From: a virus
Reading direction: 5' to 3' (one strand)
Virus record (IMG/VR): IMGVR_UViG_3300045988_071817
Location: 1-52,781 of that record
DNA: 52,781 nucleotides
The notes under the pieces are model-generated. The model saw only the letters and a program-made list of their open reading frames with translations, made no database searches and was not told the origin of the DNA. The position numbers and the translations under genes are program-made. Each line of letters begins with the position of its first letter. Positions within the stretch are counted from its first letter, which is position 1. Positions 8,288-16,673 of the stretch are shown here, one piece after another.

Positions 8288-8615
8288 CTTTTTCTTCCAC
8301 CATTCCTAAATAGTTTTGGGTCTTCCTCAAGGATTCCAATGTAGCGTCTATAGTTTCTCGTTGATGTTCTAACAGCTTAATTGTAGAATTGAGCTCCTCA
8401 GGTAGCACTGCCGACCAATATCCATCTGAAGTGGTTGAGCATATAGGATATCCATCGTCACGTAAATACTGAATCAATTTTCTCATCACTCTTGGACTAA
8501 CTCCTACTAGATAAGCTAAATCTTTACAGTTCACTGCATTTTGTCTTCCATTGGGTATATGGTCAAGAGTTAAGCTCTTGAGATAGGTTAAATTATCATT
8601 ACTTTTCATCCTCAT
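8277..8615 (-). CDS. Winged-helix DNA-binding protein (112 aa)
   Basis: Start set at Met8 (RBS GAGGTGacaaagATG). The CKDLAYLVGVSPRVMRKLIQYLRDDGYPI block looks like a wHTH. Confidence 0.5.
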   Translation of the reverse strand: MRMKSNDNLTYLKSLTLDHIPNGRQNAVNCKDLAYLVGVSPRVMRKLIQYLRDDGYPICSTTSDGYWSAVLPEELNSTIKLLEHQRETIDATLESLRKTQNYLGMVEEKDEY

Positions 8616-8715
8616 CTTTGTCACCTCGCTTTCCACATAAAATCAAAATATCTAATATTGTCATAACCCCAGCTGCTAACGCAAGTAGCAATAATCCAAT
8701 ATCACCTAAATTCAT
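8599..8715 (-). CDS. Small membrane protein (38 aa), below the ORF-track threshold
   Basis: RBS ggaggaaaaaatatATG. Sequence MNLGDIGLLLLALAAGVMTILDILILCGKRGDKDEDEK has one TM helix and a charged tail. Confidence 0.4.
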   Translation of the reverse strand: MNLGDIGLLLLALAAGVMTILDILILCGKRGDKDEDEK

Positions 8716-8729
8716 ATATTTTTTCCTCC

Positions 8730-9503
8730 TTAAAATTCAAAGTTCTGTTCAACCTGTGATTCCTGCTCATTTATAGATACCCTGTAGCTACTAGAATTTC
8801 GCGTATTCTCGCCTTTTAGCCACGCAGGGTTTATATTTACATAACCCCTATCTAAAGATAGCTGTATGGCGTTAATTTGCGTTGTCTGATTATATTTAGC
8901 CAATACACTCAAAGTCGCATTTATCTTTTCATTAGTAACTAGCCTGCCGTTATCAATTAGCCCACTAAAAAATGTACATACCAAGTCTATAACATTTTCA
9001 TCTAAATCATATTCAAGACCTTTCCTAGTGATGTACTCGATTTTAGCATCTTTTTTAGAATTTTTTTTATTTTTTATTTTTTTAGTATTTAATTCTTTAG
9101 TATTTTGTTTTTTAGTATTTAATTGTACTTGGTTTTCTATAGGTTGATTTTCAAGGGGTTGATTTTCTAACGCTTGTTTTTTATTTCCTTGTTTGCTTAT
9201 ATCCTGTGGTTGTTCAAACACATTATACACATATTCAATACGTCCTGATTCAGTTTCGTTCGGCATCAATTTATCAATACGAATATATCCAAAATCTTTT
9301 AATTCCTTGATGGCAGATTTAACAGATGTTTCGTTTTCTTTACATATTGCTACAAGACCTGCAAGTGAATAATCCCAATCATCTGGTAGTGATAACATTA
9401 CCGAAAGAAGCCCTTTTGCTTTTAAGCTCATATTTTTTTCTTTCAGATGGTAATTACTCATCACTGTATAATTTTGATTTTTATGTGTCCTAAATATTGC
9501 CAT
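8730..9503 (-). CDS. Replication initiator / replisome organizer (N-terminal wHTH, DnaD-like C-terminal region)
   Basis: Start set at MAIFRTHKNQ (RBS gaggaggaaatacatATG). MSLKAKGLLSVMLSLPDDWDYSLAGL...ELKDFGYI is typical of phage replisome organizers. Sits upstream of the loader/helicase/primase genes and contains DNA iterons. Confidence 0.65.
   Translation of the reverse strand: MAIFRTHKNQNYTVMSNYHLKEKNMSLKAKGLLSVMLSLPDDWDYSLAGLVAICKENETSVKSAIKELKDFGYIRIDKLMPNETESGRIEYVYNVFEQPQDISKQGNKKQALENQPLENQPIENQVQLNTKKQNTKELNTKKIKNKKNSKKDAKIEYITRKGLEYDLDENVIDLVCTFFSGLIDNGRLVTNEKINATLSVLAKYNQTTQINAIQLSLDRGYVNINPAWLKGENTRNSSSYRVSINEQESQVEQNFEF
9081..9167. repeat. Direct-repeat iterons inside the organizer gene (candidate origin)
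   Basis: tttagtatttaatt occurs at 9081-9094 and 9111-9124, with a partial copy at 9096-9106. ggttgattttc occurs at 9142-9152 and 9157-9167, with a partial copy at 9131-9140. Confidence 0.55.
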
Positions 9504-9527
9504 ATGTATTTCCTCCTCAAAATTAAA

Positions 9528-9677
9528 AATCCTTGATATAATTAGGTGTATTCTTCTATATGATTGTAGTATAGACAGGTAACAAATCATAAAGGGGATG
9601 TAGTGAATACACCTAATTATATCAAGGATTATATTTTCTAATATTTTTTATTTAATTGTCTTACCTGTCTATACTAC
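9528..9677. repeat. Two interleaved perfect inverted repeats (26 bp and 17 bp)
   Basis: IR1 is 9528-9553 versus 9605-9630. IR2 is 9566-9582 versus 9661-9677. Verified base by base. Confidence 0.9.
9616..9624 (-). promoter_or_regulatory. Extended -10 promoter element (TGATATAAT) in the IR1 right arm, facing the organizer gene
   Basis: Minus strand reads cTTGATATAATtagg. The mirror copy at 9534-9542 reads identically on the plus strand. Confidence 0.4.
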
Positions 9678-9715
9678 GATAATAACACATTCCTTGTTTA
9701 ATTACAACATTAATT

Positions 9716-10327
9716 TTATTTAATGTTTTCTAATTCTTCAATCTGTGCGTCTACTTCTGCATTTAATTTAGCCCATAACTGCTCACGAGCATCTGCTACA
9801 TTGTCAATCTGTGACACGTCCCATTCTTCCTCAGCAATGAACTTAAAATAGTTATCTCTCTTTTTAATTGTTGCTCCTGAGGTGTAGCGTAAAGATACAA
9901 CCTTAATTTCACCATTAGATTTTTCAACTTCTTTTTCTGTTGCTTTCTTTTCCTCTGATACTTTTGTACCTGACTTTGATTTTGGCTTATTTTCGGCTTT
10001 TTCTGTTTTAGTTGTAGATTTACTAACCTTTTCATCTTTCTTCTTGTTTTGAGCTGGTTTTTTAGTTTCTGTTGTAGGACTTGCGGGTACCTTTTCTTCT
10101 GGTGGATTCATTGCTCCTTCTACAGCGCCTTCCTTAGTATCGTTCTTATCATCTTCTGTTGGTGCTATATCTGGTTCAGTTTTTTCTACCTGCACGGATT
10201 CTGTTCCAGCTTCATATCCTGCACATTTCTCACAACTTATAACATTTCCTTCCATTTCCATCTGGATACCATCGCATCCTTTGCAATATTCATCATTGAC
10301 ATCTCCTGCCCACTTACATTTTAACAT
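9716..10327 (-). CDS. Hypothetical protein with N-terminal zinc ribbon and Lys/Glu-rich linker (203 aa)
   Basis: CKGCDG...CEKCAG Cys pairs, a low-complexity K/E/T region and a conserved-looking C-terminal domain. Confidence 0.7.
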   Translation of the reverse strand: MLKCKWAGDVNDEYCKGCDGIQMEMEGNVISCEKCAGYEAGTESVQVEKTEPDIAPTEDDKNDTKEGAVEGAMNPPEEKVPASPTTETKKPAQNKKKDEKVSKSTTKTEKAENKPKSKSGTKVSEEKKATEKEVEKSNGEIKVVSLRYTSGATIKKRDNYFKFIAEEEWDVSQIDNVADAREQLWAKLNAEVDAQIEELENIK

Positions 10328-10350
10328 TTTTAATTCCTCCTAAATATTTT

Positions 10351-10755
10351 TTATTTCTTTTTAGTTACTCTCAAAGTGTGAATTGTTTTTGTTATTTTAG
10401 CCTTAACTAAATCATTCGGGTCAAAATCTCCATTATAGATTAATTTTTCCAATGCATCTTCATCAATATACTCTTTCTGCTTAATTACTGTAGCCAATAA
10501 AGGTCCACCCAATTTAGATTTAATAATTTCGATGGCTAAATCTTCATTCAAGGATTCTTTATTTGTTACAGATAAAGAAGCAGTATATTTATCTGATGAC
10601 GCATTATTAAGGTTATGCTCCTGCATATAAGACTTGATATTCTCATTCAGAGCATTATTGGATTTCTTTAAGGCATTTTCTTTGTCCTTGCCTTCCTTAT
10701 AATCATCAATCATCTGTTCCAGTATTGATGGACTTGTTCCATTACGTCTACTCAT
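10351..10755 (-). CDS. Hypothetical protein (134 aa; loosely resembles Gp157/Gam-like small helical proteins)
   Basis: Tightly packed co-directional ORF. Any family assignment is only an impression. Confidence 0.7.
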   Translation of the reverse strand: MSRRNGTSPSILEQMIDDYKEGKDKENALKKSNNALNENIKSYMQEHNLNNASSDKYTASLSVTNKESLNEDLAIEIIKSKLGGPLLATVIKQKEYIDEDALEKLIYNGDFDPNDLVKAKITKTIHTLRVTKKK

Positions 10756-10756
10756 T

Positions 10757-11062
10757 TTATTTGTCCTCCTTCTTCTTTCCTAAGATTCTTGTTCCACGCT
10801 GTCCCCAACTATTAATAGCATTGAACTCCGCCATACAGCCCTTATACTCATTACGAATTGCCTGCTTGAATACTTCAAGAGCCTGCACAGCATCATACGT
10901 GAAAAATCTTGTTCCTCTTCCATCTGTAGTATACTCTGGAAGACTTAATCCAACTGGTTTTTCATAGCTGTCATCTTCCCACCATTTATACCACATTTTA
11001 AGCGTTTTGGTGGAAACATCTATAATCTGTGCTGCCCTAGCAGTTGAAAAACGTTCCTGCAC
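10757..11062 (-). CDS. MerR/excisionase-type HTH protein (101 aa)
   Basis: FSTARAAQIIDVSTKTLKMWYKWW is a typical N-terminal HTH. Confidence 0.55.
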   Translation of the reverse strand: MQERFSTARAAQIIDVSTKTLKMWYKWWEDDSYEKPVGLSLPEYTTDGRGTRFFTYDAVQALEVFKQAIRNEYKGCMAEFNAINSWGQRGTRILGKKKEDK

Positions 11063-11094
11063 TTTATATCACCTCCTTTCTAATACTTCACTGT

Positions 11095-11505
11095 CTAGTG
11101 TCCTAGTGCTATAGCCATATTCTTTTCATCCTGTTCTTTAGCTATTTCAACTAATTCATCAAATGTGGTTTCTTTTTCGAATGCCATATCTTCAAAGTCA
11201 TTTTTAAAGGTGTAAACTTTAAAGAATTTTCTATTGATTTTAGCAGCATATGCATATATTCCATTACTGTAATTTCTAACTGGCTCTACTAACCAATCTT
11301 TTAAATATACTACTTTATTATTATCAACTACCAGCACTGGGTTACCCTTGATGTATTTAATATTATTAGTGATGATTGTTACATTGTCATCATCAACATA
11401 ATGATTAAATGTGAAGTATTTATTAGATTTCTGTTTAACTTCTCCGAAAAACTTTTCGATATGTTTTGCTTTTAAGCTCTTAAGATATTCACTGTATTTA
11501 CTCAT
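11095..11505 (-). CDS. Hypothetical protein (136 aa)
   Basis: First gene after a promoter-leader cassette. RBS aagaggtaataaatATG. Confidence 0.75.
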   Translation of the reverse strand: MSKYSEYLKSLKAKHIEKFFGEVKQKSNKYFTFNHYVDDDNVTIITNNIKYIKGNPVLVVDNNKVVYLKDWLVEPVRNYSNGIYAYAAKINRKFFKVYTFKNDFEDMAFEKETTFDELVEIAKEQDEKNMAIALGH

Positions 11506-11540
11506 ATTTATTACCTCTTTTCTTTCTTAACTTCAATTAT

Positions 11541-11569
11541 ATTGTAATACATATAGTTAAAAATTGCAA
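11541..11569 (-). promoter_or_regulatory. Sigma-70-type promoter TTGCAA-N17-TACAAT
   Basis: Minus strand reads TTGCAAtttttaactatatgtatTACAAT. Followed by the conserved leader AAGTTAAGAAAG and an RBS. Confidence 0.6.
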
Positions 11570-11587
11570 GTATTTTTTATAAATTTT

Positions 11588-13303
11588 TTAAGATAATAGG
11601 AAGTTAATATCATCAACAGATATTTTTCCATCAACTAGAGCTTCTGCCATATGACCTTTCTTTTTCACTAATTCTTCTATACGTTCATCAATCGTATTTT
11701 TGCAAACTAGTGTGATTACATTAACTGTTCCCTGCGTTCCTATTCTATGAGCTCTATCTTCTGCCTGTGCTTTTAATGCCATATTCCAAGGGCTATCAAG
11801 GAATATAACATTTTGAGCTGCTGTAAGAGTTAAACCTGTACCCATAGCTCCTATTGTTCCAATTATAATTTTACAATTTTCATCAGACTGGAATCTGGTG
11901 ACTTCATTCATTCTATCATCTGTCTTGATACCACCTGTGATATAAGCAGGATTATAAGCAGATAACTTCTGCTTTGCTACTGATGTCATAGATTCCCAGT
12001 TTGAGAAAATAATAACCTTCTGACCACTTGATATAATTTCTTCAACCAACTGCAACATTCTGTCCATCTTAGCTGATTCTTGTACTGTATCGGACAGAAT
12101 ACCTGTCCATCCTGTAGCTTGTCTTAATCTAATCATCATAGATAAAGGATTATTTGCGAATTTAATTTGTTGTAGTTCACTCATCACACCACTATAAACT
12201 TCTTTATATATTTGAGCTTGTTTAGGTGTCATATCTACATATTCAATCTTCCTAATTTTCTCTGGTAAGTCTAAAACCTCAGTCTTTAATCTTCTGAGCA
12301 TTACTTCGCTCATTAAAGCTCTTATTTCCTCAAGGTTCTTATAGCCAATGATTTCAGAACCACCCCAGCCACCTAATGTGCAGTAGTGTTGCTTGAATTG
12401 ATAGAAGCTATGCTGTTCATACCCTAACCAATGTAGCGGGAAGTATAAATCCAGTGGTTTATTCATAAGTGGTGTTCCACTCATTGCCACCATATAATCT
12501 GCTGTCACATTAATCATTGCTCTACTCTGTAGTGATGTTGGTTCTTTGGACTTATGGCACTCATCAAAGGCTATCATAGATATAACTCCTTTATCACATA
12601 GCTCTTTTAATTTTTCTGCAATAGGGAATTTATATTTAGTTTTGCTAACTTTCTCTGCCATTGCTCTCAAGGTCTCGATATTAGTAATTAAATATCTACA
12701 GTCAGGTAAATTATTCAAATCATCTAATTTATCCTTATTAGTTCCCTCATATGCTTTTCCAGTTCTTTTTCTGTATCTTGTTCCAAGAACCCATCCTTTT
12801 TCGTCTGAATGTGTTTCAATTTCAGACTGCCAGTTATACTTCAGAGAATTAACTCCACATATGATAAGCACTTTATTAATATTTTCGGTTTTTTCCAAAC
12901 AACCAACTAAATCTATAATCTGCTTTGTTTTTCCTAAGCCTTGGTCGTCACATAGCAAGAATCTTTTTTTATTTAGACCAAATCTAACACCATCAAGCTG
13001 GTGTGGAAAAGGTTTTGTTTTAAAGGTATAATCCTTAGGTATATCCACTGCAAATTGTTCTTTCCTTAAATCTTCATATACGCCTGATATATGAATTTCT
13101 TCATTTTCGAATTTATTGCATAATCCGATAATACTTGTTACAGGTATCTCCCATACTCTTGTATCAGGGTGATAAACTCTAATCCCTAATGACTTGATAT
13201 AGTTTATAATCATTCCATTATATGGAAAAGCTACAAAAGCACTCTTGGTGACTAATATATTATCTTTCAATTTGTCTGGTGAATCTATTTTTATATCAAT
13301 CAT
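11588..13303 (-). CDS. SNF2/Rad54-family DNA helicase/translocase
   Basis: 571 aa with motifs DDQGLGKT (I), FDECH (II), SGTPL (III) and QAEDRAHRIGQ-like QAEDRAHRIGT (VI). Confidence 0.85.
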   Translation of the reverse strand: MIDIKIDSPDKLKDNILVTKSAFVAFPYNGMIINYIKSLGIRVYHPDTRVWEIPVTSIIGLCNKFENEEIHISGVYEDLRKEQFAVDIPKDYTFKTKPFPHQLDGVRFGLNKKRFLLCDDQGLGKTKQIIDLVGCLEKTENINKVLIICGVNSLKYNWQSEIETHSDEKGWVLGTRYRKRTGKAYEGTNKDKLDDLNNLPDCRYLITNIETLRAMAEKVSKTKYKFPIAEKLKELCDKGVISMIAFDECHKSKEPTSLQSRAMINVTADYMVAMSGTPLMNKPLDLYFPLHWLGYEQHSFYQFKQHYCTLGGWGGSEIIGYKNLEEIRALMSEVMLRRLKTEVLDLPEKIRKIEYVDMTPKQAQIYKEVYSGVMSELQQIKFANNPLSMMIRLRQATGWTGILSDTVQESAKMDRMLQLVEEIISSGQKVIIFSNWESMTSVAKQKLSAYNPAYITGGIKTDDRMNEVTRFQSDENCKIIIGTIGAMGTGLTLTAAQNVIFLDSPWNMALKAQAEDRAHRIGTQGTVNVITLVCKNTIDERIEELVKKKGHMAEALVDGKISVDDINFLLS

Positions 13304-13355
13304 TTTAATCCTCCTTACTTCTTATTCCTGAACGTTTGTCCAGGAATAAATTATT

Positions 13356-13658
13356 CTAATAATAGTAATAGAAATGTTCAACTGCTAATTTAATAGCTTT
13401 TCTTAATCCACATTCCATATCTGAGAAATCACTCCATCTATCTGTTCCAAATAATAAAAGTCCAATATTATGAACCCAACCATTAACATCTGTTATTTTA
13501 ATATCATTTTCACCTAATACTTCGATTTTAAATTCAATATCTTTATCATAATCATTTGTAAGCACGATAAGATTACGAGTGTTTTTTACGACTTCCCATT
13601 TAATTTCATTGTTTTCATTTTCCTTATTAATTATAGTTAAAATTTGTTTCTTTGTCAT
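13356..13658 (-). CDS. Hypothetical protein (100 aa)
   Basis: Start moved to MTKKQIL (RBS GAGGTAATTAATATG). The upstream ATG at 13688 lies only about 11 nt from the -10 box. Confidence 0.7.
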   Translation of the reverse strand: MTKKQILTIINKENENNEIKWEVVKNTRNLIVLTNDYDKDIEFKIEVLGENDIKITDVNGWVHNIGLLLFGTDRWSDFSDMECGLRKAIKLAVEHFYYYY

Positions 13659-13699
13659 ATTAATTACCTCAACTTTCTTTGTTTTCATCTTATGATTGT

Positions 13700-13728
13700 A
13701 TTGTAATACATATAAAATAAAAATGCAA
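13700..13728 (-). promoter_or_regulatory. Sigma-70-type promoter TTGCAT-N17-TACAAT
   Basis: Located immediately downstream of the late-operon terminator. Same -10 block (atgtattacaat) as the other cassettes. Confidence 0.55.
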
Positions 13729-13737
13729 GTGTTTTTT

Positions 13738-13770
13738 CAAAAAAAAATAAAGGGAATATAAAATTCCCTT
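13738..13770 (-). terminator. Intrinsic terminator ending the late/accessory transcription unit
   Basis: 9-bp stem AAAGGGAAT/ATTCCCTTT followed on the minus strand by a T-rich run (TATTTTTTTTT). Confidence 0.8.
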
Positions 13771-14120
13771 TATCCTATAATTGTTGTTGAATTTATGCTT
13801 GATATGCTATCAATGAATTTATGGAAGATGTTTCTTTCATTCGGGTCAGAGCAAGTGTGATACAACTCGCTTATCATCTTATAAGTTGAATCTAACATAT
13901 TATTCAGATTAGCTATATTCCTATCTCTCATATAAGTTACAAATAAGTTCTGAATATCAGATATTTGCTCGTCTATATTGCTTTCAGGAACCAAATCAAC
14001 TTTTTCACCCAATTTATCCCGCACAATATATAAACTAGCTAATTTGCTACAAGCTGTATAGGTAGTTTCTCCTTGTTCTAACTCTTGTATTGCTTCTTCT
14101 ATATCCTTAATATCTAGCAT
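13770..14120 (-). CDS. Hypothetical protein (116 aa), accessory module
   Basis: Overlaps the upstream gene by 7 nt. Predicted helical and acidic. Confidence 0.75.
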   Translation of the reverse strand: MLDIKDIEEAIQELEQGETTYTACSKLASLYIVRDKLGEKVDLVPESNIDEQISDIQNLFVTYMRDRNIANLNNMLDSTYKMISELYHTCSDPNERNIFHKFIDSISSINSTTIIG

Positions 14121-14683
14121 ATATTCACTCCAATTTTCGCTATTTTATGTTTATATTTTTTGTGCAGTTCATCTTGACACAGATATATAGCATCCAAGTC
14201 ATAATCTATGGCTTTCAACTTCAAGCCTTCACGTTCTGCACATTTCAATTCACCATCTACATCACAGATTAATTCCTTAACCTTACAAGCAGCAGCGATT
14301 TCACCTATATCACATAGCTCCTTATACATTGATTCATATAAGGACTTTGTTTCCTTCTCCCAGTCAATCCAGGTAGCTATTCCAGTTTGCAAAGCGTTCT
14401 GCCTTGTAGCACTATCAACATCCATACGACTGTAATTATACCAACTATCAGGTATAATCTTAGGAGTATTAATAGGTTCTTTTCTTACTAACTTATTATA
14501 ATGATTGATGTAGTACCGTTGTACTTTTCGCATACAGTAGGACTCACATAAGTAATGGTATTCGTGACATCTCTTGTATCCGTGAAGACTTAGAAAGTCA
14601 TAAAAGTTCGCCAGCTGTTCGTGTATCATTAAGCCTTTAATCTGATGTCCGACTATTTTGGAAAAAATCTCATCCACGGTCAT
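14114..14683 (-). CDS. Ferritin-like four-helix-bundle protein (189 aa), Cys-rich, C-terminal Cys
   Basis: HEQLANFYDFLSLHGYKRCHEYHYLCE and WEKETKSLYESMYKELCDIGE resemble the ferritin/rubrerythrin helix pairs A-B and C-D. Contains 10 Cys. Confidence 0.4.
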   Translation of the reverse strand: MTVDEIFSKIVGHQIKGLMIHEQLANFYDFLSLHGYKRCHEYHYLCESYCMRKVQRYYINHYNKLVRKEPINTPKIIPDSWYNYSRMDVDSATRQNALQTGIATWIDWEKETKSLYESMYKELCDIGEIAAACKVKELICDVDGELKCAEREGLKLKAIDYDLDAIYLCQDELHKKYKHKIAKIGVNIC

Positions 14684-14703
14684 TCTTCACTACCTCCATT
14701 CTA

Positions 14704-15114
14704 TTAACAGATTTTAGTTACTACTATATTTGTGTCAGCGGTAATAGCTACTCCAGTGTTAATGAATTGGAGAATAGTAGGTGCATCACAGCAACAGCAA
14801 GAATTATTATCTCTGACCTGTACTAATGTTGTTATTGGTACATTCACTGATGTTGTAGTAGTAGCTCCTGTGATTGTTGTTGTAGCCTGTGGCTGAGGAA
14901 CTCCATTCTTTGTCATTGCAATGGTAACTGCACCAGCAGTTCCTGCTAAAGCAGTGGCATTAAAGATGACCTCATATACGCCACATTTATTAAGCTGAAT
15001 AGAATTAACACCACTCAACTCTGCTGTTTGTCCTTTCTTCAAGGTTACACCTGTAAATGGGACTATTCCTGTTGTTGCAGGAATTGATTGATTTCTAGCA
15101 TATGCTTCTATCAT
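14704..15114 (-). CDS. BclA C-terminal-domain-like (C1q/TNF jelly-roll-like) protein with a CCCC run (136 aa)
   Basis: The pattern IPATTGIVPF...IQLNKCGVYEVIFNA...MTKNGVP...VQV...ILQFINTG...VVTKIC matches the exosporium BclA-CTD/ExsFA style. CCCC at residues 106-109 (nt 14788-14799). Confidence 0.45.
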   Translation of the reverse strand: MIEAYARNQSIPATTGIVPFTGVTLKKGQTAELSGVNSIQLNKCGVYEVIFNATALAGTAGAVTIAMTKNGVPQPQATTTITGATTTTSVNVPITTLVQVRDNNSCCCCDAPTILQFINTGVAITADTNIVVTKIC

Positions 15115-15134
15115 ATTCTTAACTCCTTTCTAAT

Positions 15135-15170
15135 TTAAAAAAGAGGAAATACTATATTAGCACTTCCTCT
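15135..15170 (-). terminator. Intrinsic terminator/attenuator inside the accessory module
   Basis: 7-bp stem AGAGGAA/TTCCTCT with a 15-nt loop, followed by T6 on the minus strand. Confidence 0.6.
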
Positions 15171-15207
15171 GTGATTGACGTACTAATACGCTCGGTTACT
15201 TATGAAA

Positions 15208-15813
15208 TTAAACATTCTGACACCCACAACCTGTACTGAATACTGGATTGAATCCAGCTGTATAAGTTGTTGCGTTCGGATATCTGATTACACCACACAT
15301 AGCTGACTGAAGCTGGAGCTGATTAACCTGTGCCTGTAATGTTTCAATCTTATTCTGCTGGATAGCATCAAGCACTTTCTGAGTCTGCTCAGTTGTATTT
15401 GCATTGATAGCAGCCGTATTGATTGCACCATTATAATTTACTCCATCAATAGCTCTCTGTGTTGTGCAGCAACATTCAGCTAACTGCTGCTGTGTTGTAC
15501 CGAAGTTTCTTAATGTTTCATATCCGAGATTGCAGATACCATTCTGTAATCCCATATAATCTGCCTGTAAGCTATCACTTAATCTACCTACTGAGTTCTC
15601 AAGGTTGTTGAAATTCATAGCATTACATAATCCAGCTTCTGTGACTGGTTCTCCATTCATTGCAGGACCTCTGTTTCCAAAGAATCCACCTCCACCAATG
15701 AGTAAGAGAATTAATAAGGCGAAAATCCACATTCCGCCATTTCCACCACCGAACATCCCATCGTTCTTATCTGTAACGGCTGCGATGTCAGCTAAAGATA
15801 CACCTTCGTTCAT
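15208..15813 (-). CDS. Membrane-anchored Cys-rich protein (201 aa) with a Gly-flanked TM helix (YjcZ-like) and a coiled coil
   Basis: GMFGGGNGGMWIFALLILLLIGGGGFFG TM segment. ECCCTTQ run, Q/N-rich coiled coil, C-terminal STGCGCQNV. Confidence 0.45.
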   Translation of the reverse strand: MNEGVSLADIAAVTDKNDGMFGGGNGGMWIFALLILLLIGGGGFFGNRGPAMNGEPVTEAGLCNAMNFNNLENSVGRLSDSLQADYMGLQNGICNLGYETLRNFGTTQQQLAECCCTTQRAIDGVNYNGAINTAAINANTTEQTQKVLDAIQQNKIETLQAQVNQLQLQSAMCGVIRYPNATTYTAGFNPVFSTGCGCQNV

Positions 15814-15861
15814 AGCGAATCTCCTTTCATTAATTTTAATTTTATGTGAATTTGCAAATTC

Positions 15862-16074
15862 CTATTTTAATAATTTCATTAATTCGTTCACGTCAATTCC
15901 TTGTTGCTTACAGATGTTTCTTACCATCTGTTCCGCATTCATCCCTTTTCCCTGAAGCATTGACATTATATTTTTAACCTCACCTATATTATTCATCATA
16001 GATTTAGCTCTATTTAGTACTTGTGAGTTTACCTGTTGTAGTGGATTTTGGTTCTGAAATAAGCTGCTTGCCAT
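15862..16074 (-). CDS. Hypothetical protein (70 aa), Q/N/M-rich
   Basis: Strong RBS caggaggtgttagataATG. Overlaps the upstream ORF by 65 nt. Confidence 0.7.
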   Translation of the reverse strand: MASSLFQNQNPLQQVNSQVLNRAKSMMNNIGEVKNIMSMLQGKGMNAEQMVRNICKQQGIDVNELMKLLK

Positions 16075-16429
16075 TATCTAACACCTCCTGTTTGAATTGT
16101 TCGAATTCTGCTCTACTAATAAAGTCGTTACCTTGATTAGTAGGCTGTTCTATTGGAGCAAATCCAAAGGTCCTAATCGTTGGAAACCCTGCTCCATCAG
16201 TAGATTTTATATACATTATATCTTCACTACTGTCAAATAATGCAACTGTGCTATTAGGCTGCATCTGATATGCCTTAGCGCCATCCATTCCTGTAACTCT
16301 TATAAGATTATTAACCATCTGATTCTGCATTGCATTATAATTATTCATATAAGGGTTAGATGGGTTCATTGGACTGTTTAGTGTGTATGGATTGGTCATC
16401 ATTAATGGATTTGTATTCATCATTGCCAT
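16010..16429 (-). CDS. Hypothetical protein (139 aa): Met/Asn/Pro-rich low-complexity N-terminus plus a compact C-terminal domain
   Basis: Start set at MAMMNTNP (RBS aaaggagttcggaaATG). The N-terminus NPLMMTNPYTLNSPMNPSNPYMNNYNAMQNQM recalls the architecture of coat-protein GerQ-type low-complexity heads. Confidence 0.6.
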   Translation of the reverse strand: MAMMNTNPLMMTNPYTLNSPMNPSNPYMNNYNAMQNQMVNNLIRVTGMDGAKAYQMQPNSTVALFDSSEDIMYIKSTDGAGFPTIRTFGFAPIEQPTNQGNDFISRAEFEQFKQEVLDNGKQLISEPKSTTTGKLTSTK

Positions 16430-16506
16430 TTCCGAACTCCTTTCTGATATAATCATTAAATATAAGCAAGCCCTTAGTTAGGATGACAGGGTCTAACTTA
16501 TATACA

Positions 16507-16632
16507 TCATTTCTGTCCATTTTGTTCATCCTCTATTTCCAATACTGCTACAAGTACTCTAATAATATGAAGGACTGGTATATCCTGCAGAGATTTATGT
16601 TGAATTAATAACTTCAAAAACTCTCTATTCAT
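16507..16632 (-). CDS. Small ORF (41 aa), below the track threshold
   Basis: Strong RBS gaaaggagggctggtatATG directly after the terminator/promoter. Sequence MNREFLKLLIQHKSLQDIPVLHIIRVLVAVLEIEDEQNGQK. Confidence 0.45.
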   Translation of the reverse strand: MNREFLKLLIQHKSLQDIPVLHIIRVLVAVLEIEDEQNGQK

Positions 16633-16673
16633 ATACCAGCCCTCCTTTCTCTCTTGTTATACTTAAATTGTAA

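Noticed and set aside
12546-13031. Plus-strand ORFs throughout the track. Examples are 2872-3138, 4088-4327, 10049-10324, 12546-13031, 15605-15955, 22871-23107, 26144-26485, 31507-31803, 43956-44216 and 49400-49732.
   Set aside because: Every one lies antisense to a longer minus-strand gene with clear motifs or good RBS context. Their products are low-complexity and rich in Leu, Ile, Phe and Ser, as expected from reverse-strand reading of AT-rich genes. None has a convincing RBS.
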